Part shown: in pieces, positions 57,101 to 64,000 of the stretch
Position numbering within the stretch: the stretch's first letter is position 1
Layout of the letters: the number at the start of each line of letters is the position of its first letter
Assembly: GCA_000165425.1 (NCBI GenBank)
Contig: CT868649.1
Span: forward strand, 434,001-498,000
DNA: 64,000 nt
Origin: Paramecium tetraurelia
Lineage: Eukaryota
Reading direction: 5' to 3'
Translations under genes and position numbers: made by a program
Notes under the pieces: model-generated
Seen by the model: the letters and a program-made list of their open reading frames with translations, nothing else
The model's database searches: none
Told to the model about the DNA's origin: nothing

Positions 57101-58513
57101 CCCATAGATGATTTGAAAAGGTAGATAAATGAGTATAAAAGAAAATTGTAAGCATTGTAAAACTAGTATCGAACAACAAGCATAGAATTAGATTATTACA
57201 AGAATTTTTATAGTGAGTAAATCAATAAATAGTAAAAAGATAGATCAATTGGATTAGGTTTATAATTATAGCATTCATAATCATATCATACATTTAGAAA
57301 TTCAAATAGCAAAGAATTAAAATAAGAATAACAACTACCTTTAGCCTTGACTCATGTAAAATCGTTTGGGTAATTAGGATCAAGTATGAGAGTTAGAAGT
57401 TCTGTTTCTTAATATTGGATAGCTGAGCAGTTAAATTCATCATAAGAAATTATTAATTATGAGTAAATATTAGTATCAAATTTAGCATTGTGAAAACCCT
57501 GTAAGGGCATGATTAACCAATCCTATCATTATATACAAAAGACAATATATTGTGTTCTGGATAATACAAGTAATTTAAAGTGTGGGATATCGAATCTCAA
57601 TAACTTATTAGTACAATAGATCAAAGTAATCACTGCAGATCCATATATTATTGGGCAAATCGAGATGCCTTTGCTGTTTCACATGGATCTCAAATATCTT
57701 TATATGATCCATTGACTTTGATGTGCAAAGGATTACTTAAGTCTTCAATAGAAGAAATCAAATGTATTACTAGTATAAATGGATTATTGGTTGCAGCAGG
57801 CAAGTCTATTAATTCTAATGCTTTGAATATTTGGGATTCCAGATAGAATAAGTAATTAAAATTAAATAATTTAAGTATCTTGTATGAATTTGAAAAAGGC
57901 TCAGATATCTTAAGCATATATGGTTCTGATGAAAATTCTGAGTTGATTTATGGGACATTAAAGCATTATGCCAAAAGAATACCCTTTAATAAAAATAAAT
58001 ATAATCAAATTTAATAGTTATAGCCACCTTAATTGGATAAGGTAACAGGAGTTGCCTCTTTTGGTGACTATATAGTGAGTTGGTATACTTATATGAAGAT
58101 TATATAGTTCTTTAAGCAAAAGAATGTTACTTTGGAATCAGCAAACAGGTTTAGAATCTACTACAAATGATAGCATACATAAAGATCTGATAACTGCTTT
58201 AACAAGTACATTTTAAGACTATGTTTAGTTGATAAAAGTTTGAAATTGATTTACACATCTTGTAAGGATGGAAATGTTAGGGCCATCAAGGTTAATGAGG
58301 AAGGTAAATTCCAATTACTTCATGAAATTACTGCTTCAAATGTATTATATATTAGTATTGTAGCAATAAATTAATGCTTTGCATGTTATCTAAGACAACC
58401 ATTTAGTGATAAGTGGAGGATAAGATAAATTGATTAAAATTTGGAGACCATCGAAAAACATATTACAATTGTAAAATGCTATTGGCGAATTTATTGTTGA
58501 TGATTAAAATTGA
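54116..58513 (+). CDS. Kinesin-4 family motor with long coiled coil and C-terminal WD40 repeats (KIF21-like architecture)
   Basis: [62 protein letters not shown]; tail TLQGHDQPILSL…FKVWD…ISGGQDKLIKIW. Confidence 0.94.
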
Positions 58514-58545
58514 TATTAAATTAATAATCAACAAACATATTAAAA

Positions 58546-60399
58546 TCATTTATTTTTTTCTTTGAATTGAGCTAAGTTTTAGTTTCTTAGATCTTCAATT
58601 TATTTGTCTTTTTATACAATAGAATTTCTTAAGCTATCGATTTCAATCATTAGAACAAACATTATAGATAACTATTCAATAATCTTTTTGTTTAGCGATC
58701 CTTCATTTGCATACTATAGTCTCCATTTCTTAAGTTCCTCTTCTTATTGAGCGACCAGGCTATTCAATCTATCAATTTCATATGATAATACTCTACACTA
58801 AAAATCATTATTCTCTTACATTTTCTTCATACTTTTTTAATTTTTCAATATCCTACTCCAGGATATTAATTTAATCATATAAGTCTTAAAGTTGGCTATC
58901 ATAATTGGCCAATTTCATTCTGCTATCTGCGATTTATTTATTCAGCCCTTCGTTTTCCTAAACTCTTAGAAATTAAATAAAATATTACTTCTAAACAAGT
59001 TATTTGTTAATTTTATCTACTTCCTAAAGGAGATTGTTATATCTTCCTTCAAATTCTTCACATTTCTCTTTGAGTTTATTATGTAAGGATAGATAATCAT
59101 TATTTTATTTTTCAAGTTCTGTTGTCTTTTTGGTTTAATCTATTAATTTTTAGTTTAGTTCTTAATTCCTTTTATCCAAATCTTGATTTTTCTTATCGTT
59201 TAATTTTGACAGGTATTCCAATTCTCCCATTCTTTGTTTTTCAGTAGAATTGTCGTGAATTCTTTTTTAGAGATTCTCTATTTCAGTCGTCTTTTATCTA
59301 ATAATAAATTGTAATCTGTCAATTTCCTATTGCATAATTGCAAATTTTTCATCTAATGATTTTTTGTTCCTTTGGAAATCTATTTGAGATTTCTCATACT
59401 TGGTAGATTTTATCTTATATTCATCAAGTTCTTAGGTTTTTACTGATAAACCATATCTTAATTTTTCAAGTTCTTCTTAGAATATTTTGCAATCCACATT
59501 TTTTTCTTAGTTCTCGTTTTCTAATTATTACAGATTCTCACGAAGATCTTGGTTTTCTTATAGTAATTTCTATAATTCCTCCTCTATTTAATCAACTTTA
59601 TATATTCGTTCTTTCAAATCTTAATTTTCTAACTAATATTTATTCAAATTATGATTAAGCCTATCTATATCATTTTGATATTAAATTATTAATGTTTCCA
59701 ATTCCCTATTTTTAGAAAGATCCTCTTATTACAACATAGTTTTCAATTCTGTATTTTCCTTTTTGATTTAGTAATGCAATTCCTTGTATTTTTATAATTC
59801 CTTCTCCATGTATTCCATTTGTTGTTTCCAATTGAAATCATTCTCTTATTAATGTTTTTACTATTAGATATGAAAAATCTCAATACCAATTATTTTTGTG
59901 CTTCAAGATCTTTTTATTTAATGATAGCTAAAATCTCATTTTGTTTTTATTCCTCAAAGTCTCTTAATTTAATTCTTAGTTTTTCGATGTCATTTTTTAA
60001 TAGATTCTAATTGTCTTCGCTTTTCTCATGATATTTAATTATTTCTTCATAATTGTACTTGATTTCTTCCTTCTGAATTACAACTGTTTCATATTAATGC
60101 TCTAAGTAATCCATTTTCTATTTCAAATCTATAATCTATTATTCAAGATTCATTGTATTAAATTGTTGATCCTCCATATTTTTCAACCTCTATTACAACT
60201 TGTAATTTTATTCACTAAGTCTTTCTAGTTCTATGGCCATTAAAAAGATTTGCATTTATTTCGTAATATTTTGAATTCTCCGATCTTGCTCCCCATTACT
60301 TGCAGACTCCACTCTAGTCGTCAAACCCTAGCCATTACTCTTGACAGAAGTAATATTAGTCTCAACTAATCGGTTTGTCTTTACTTGATAATATTCCAT
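58546..60399 (-). CDS. Long coiled-coil protein with EIDRL/ELERL repeats (cortical/cytoskeletal type)
   Basis: Table-6 heptad-rich frame: MAIELERL…MQQEIDRL…SYEIDRLN. Confidence 0.78.
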
Positions 60400-60423
60400 T
60401 GAAATAATTTAATAATTGTATTT

Positions 60424-64000
<3,577 letters not shown>

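Overview
This is gene-dense, very AT-rich eukaryotic DNA with the hallmarks of a ciliate macronuclear chromosome, most likely Paramecium. Conserved genes (histone H4, MAP kinase, RPL26, CK1) read through TAA/TAG as Gln and end only at TGA (translation table 6), and they are split by tiny 21-28 nt GT..AG introns. The supplied standard-code ORF track therefore fragments real genes and contains many antisense artefacts. Re-translated by hand, the window holds about 32 genes. These include an R2R3 Myb factor, a Ser/Thr kinase, an atypical TGH-loop MAPK, a membrane hybrid histidine kinase, a ~1170-aa orphan, a giant ankyrin-WGR-PARP, a YTH m6A reader, a nucleoside hydrolase, succinyl-CoA ligase alpha (spanning a 150-N gap), histone H4, RPL26, a cyclin, an EGF-TM-RING-H2 ligase, SPEF1, a cNMP-binding protein, CK1, a metallophosphoesterase, a kinesin-4/WD40 motor, a CHD remodeller and several coiled-coil orphans. 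Several 0.7-2.6 kb stretches look like decayed genes. The most interesting observations are: a possible catalytically dead HDAC fold fused to beta-propeller-like sequence; a YTH gene whose conserved end and prion-like tail lie in the +1 frame; a membrane microprotein that needs a GC-AG intron; an ATGA stop/start overlap; and a 27-bp divergent intergenic spacer. No tRNA, rRNA, telomere, transposon or CRISPR feature was seen. Gene coordinates include introns and come from manual reading.
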